A stretch of 64,000 nucleotides of DNA from an uncultured Prevotellaceae bacterium (GTDB taxonomy: Bacteria > Bacteroidota > Bacteroidia > Bacteroidales > Bacteroidaceae). Positions 62,572 to 64,000 of this stretch are shown piece by piece. The notes below the pieces were generated by a model. The model made no database searches and was not told the DNA's origin. It saw nothing but the letters and a program-made list of their open reading frames with translations. Position numbers and translations under genes: made by a program. The stretch is from positions 5,986 to 69,985 of the forward strand of contig ONCZ01000002.1 in the NCBI GenBank assembly GCA_900316445.1. Reading direction: 5' to 3'. Within the stretch, counting starts at the first letter, position 1. Each line of letters begins with the position of its first letter.

Positions 62572-63870
62572 TCATTTGAGCACGGTGAGGCGGACAAGTT
62601 CAATCTTTGTCGCGGTGTTTTTGACGATCTTGAACTCATAGTTGTCAAACTTGACCACCTCGTTGAGCTTGGGGAAGGACTGGTAGACATGGAGGATGAG
62701 TCCACCGAGCGTCATGTATTCATCACTCTCAGGGAGTTCGAGGTCGAACTGTTCGTTGATCTTACTGATCTCCAGACGTGCGGAGAGGATGTATTCATGG
62801 TCGGAAAGCTGTTTAGCCACGTGGTTGGTGCTGTCGTGCTCATCTTCAATCTCACCGGTGATCTCCTCCACAATATCCTCGAGAGAGACGAGGCCACTGG
62901 TACCTCCAAACTCATCGACGACAATGGCGAGGGAGCGTTTCTGTTGCATGAGCTGCTTCATCAGGCGAGAGGCGAGCATGGTCTCAGGGATGAAAGAGAT
63001 TTCCCTAATAAATTGAGAATTGAGAATTGAGAATTGAGAATTATGATTACCTGGTTCTGCATCCTTGGTACCGATAGTAAACATGTCGGAGGAGTGGATG
63101 TAACCGATGATGTGGTCGATGTCTTCGTGATAGACGATGATCTTGCTGTGGCCACTCTCGATGAAGGTCTGTTTGAGCTCCTCGATAGTGGCAGTGTCTT
63201 CAACGGCATCAATCTCCGTACGGGGCACCATACAGTCACGAACCTTCGTTTCGGAGAAGTCGAGGGCGTTCTGGAAGATTTTCACTTCCTCGCCAATCTG
63301 GTCTTCATCTTCGGCATTATCGATACTGGTCTGCACGAGGTAGTCGAGATCGACTTTCGTGAACTCGCGTTCTTCGTTCTCCTTGGTCATACGGATGCCC
63401 ACCAGTCGGAGGAGTCCTTTGGAGAGGAGGGTTGCCAGACGGGAGATGGGATAGAGGATGACGTAACAGAGCCAGGCCGGGATGGCAAAGACGGTGAGCA
63501 TCGTGTTGGGCGTGTTCTTGAAGATGGTCTTCGGAAGGAACTCACCTGTGAAGAGGACGATGACTGTGGAGAGGAGGGTATCGAGGGTGACGCGTATGCC
63601 GTCGCTGAATGGCTGGAACAGCGTGGCGTCGAAGATACGTGCGAAGAGGATGCCATAGATGACGAGGGCGATGTTGTTGCCCACAAGCATGGTCGAGACA
63701 AAGTTGTTCGGGTGCTGATAGAAGACGCTGATGGCCTTCTGGGACAGACCGTTTTTCTCACGGTCCATCTCTGCCAGGAGCCGATTGCTCGAGACAAAGG
63801 CGATCTCCATACCAGAAAAGAAGGCGGAGAAGAGCATCGCGACGATGAGACCAATGATGAGATTAGACAT
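62572..63870 (-). CDS. CNNM/CorC/HlyC-family transporter (DUF21 + CBS pair + CorC_HlyC), GldE-like
   Basis: N-terminal 4-TM DUF21, a CBS pair, and the C-terminal CorC_HlyC pattern (EYMTLGGLILH..). Confidence 0.85.
   Translation of the reverse strand: MSNLIIGLIVAMLFSAFFSGMEIAFVSSNRLLAEMDREKNGLSQKAISVFYQHPNNFVSTMLVGNNIALVIYGILFARIFDATLFQPFSDGIRVTLDTLLSTVIVLFTGEFLPKTIFKNTPNTMLTVFAIPAWLCYVILYPISRLATLLSKGLLRLVGIRMTKENEEREFTKVDLDYLVQTSIDNAEDEDQIGEEVKIFQNALDFSETKVRDCMVPRTEIDAVEDTATIEELKQTFIESGHSKIIVYHEDIDHIIGYIHSSDMFTIGTKDAEPGNHNSQFSILNSQFIREISFIPETMLASRLMKQLMQQKRSLAIVVDEFGGTSGLVSLEDIVEEITGEIEDEHDSTNHVAKQLSDHEYILSARLEISKINEQFDLELPESDEYMTLGGLILHVYQSFPKLNEVVKFDNYEFKIVKNTATKIELVRLTVLK
63011..63050 (+). 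repeat. AATTGAG heptamer x4 + AATTATGATTAC element, antisense and in-frame inside the CorC/GldE-like CDS
   Basis: Reads aattgag x4 then aattatgattac. It encodes GNHNSQFSILNSQF on the minus strand. 63034-63050 is identical to 273-289. Confidence 0.9.
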
Positions 63871-63888
63871 GTATTTTATTTAAAAACA

Positions 63889-63914
63889 ACGAATTACACG
63901 AATTACACGAATTT
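63889..63914. repeat. About 3 x 9-nt tandem repeat (ACGAATTAC ACGAATTAC ACGAATTT)
   Basis: On the minus strand it reads AAATTCGTG TAATTCGTG TAATTCGT. Same family as 7512-7538. Confidence 0.85.
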
Positions 63915-63917
63915 AAA

Positions 63918-64000
63918 TTAGGGAGTGGAGTGACGGCGGGACTTCTCGAGCTTGGGACGGAGGATGGGCTCGGGGGCACGAGTAGTGTCAGCAGGCGAGG
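63918..64000 (-). CDS. 3' end of a minus-strand gene running off the window (hypothetical)
   Basis: Open frame ending ...PKLEKSRRHSTP* at the stop 63918-63920. Too short to identify. Confidence 0.25.
   Translation of the reverse strand, partial: SPADTTRAPEPILRPKLEKSRRHSTP

Overview
This is a Bacteroidota chromosomal window, most like Prevotella/Segatella. Support for that placement: TAnnTTTG -7 promoter boxes ahead of most transcription units, T9SS-type C-terminal sorting tails, a UpxY-type NusG paralogue and a Wzx/Wzy capsule locus. No rRNA, tRNA, CRISPR array, integrase or transposase was recognised.

Layout:
(1) 1-12.4 kb: a visibly GC-richer housekeeping block (CxxCH/PD40 lipoprotein, nth, ECF sigma/anti-sigma operon, L,D-transpeptidase, rnz, mazG, valS). 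It ends in an orphan HPr-kinase-like + PqqD pair.
(2) 12.4-24.7 kb: an AT-rich 11-gene minus-strand capsule/EPS operon (wza, wzc, ATP-grasp, wzx, wzy-like, glycosyltransferases, glycerophosphotransferase, priming transferase), with a divergent monocistronic UpxY.
(3) 25.5-45.9 kb: four giant C10 (streptopain-like) cysteine-protease paralogues, each ending in a type-I dockerin-like module, plus two leucine-rich-repeat proteins.
(4) 46-49.2 kb: a GC-richer VirE-like primase/helicase module behind an operator/iteron-rich 0.5 kb leader.
(5) 49.3-56.2 kb: two more dockerin proteins, a radical-SAM/SPASM + PqqD pair convergent with an untracked 42-aa acidic single-Cys peptide gene, and a cohesin-like protein with a T9SS-type tail.
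(6) 56.2-64 kb: TPR-PP2C phosphatase, beta-barrel-PAP2 fusion, PpiD-like chaperone, CorC/GldE-like transporter.

Main candidates for an undescribed system:
- A non-cellulosomal cohesin-dockerin surface assembly: seven dockerin-tagged proteases/LRR proteins and one cohesin-like T9SS-anchored partner.
- A small radical-SAM RiPP-like locus.

Two non-genic sequence families also recur. One is a conserved CCCGAAAC-loop-GTTTCGGG hairpin (8 copies). The other is a set of 7-9 nt tandem repeats at gene junctions, inside two signal-peptide regions, and in-frame inside the CorC/GldE-like gene.

All functional calls are motif recognition by eye. No database search was run.
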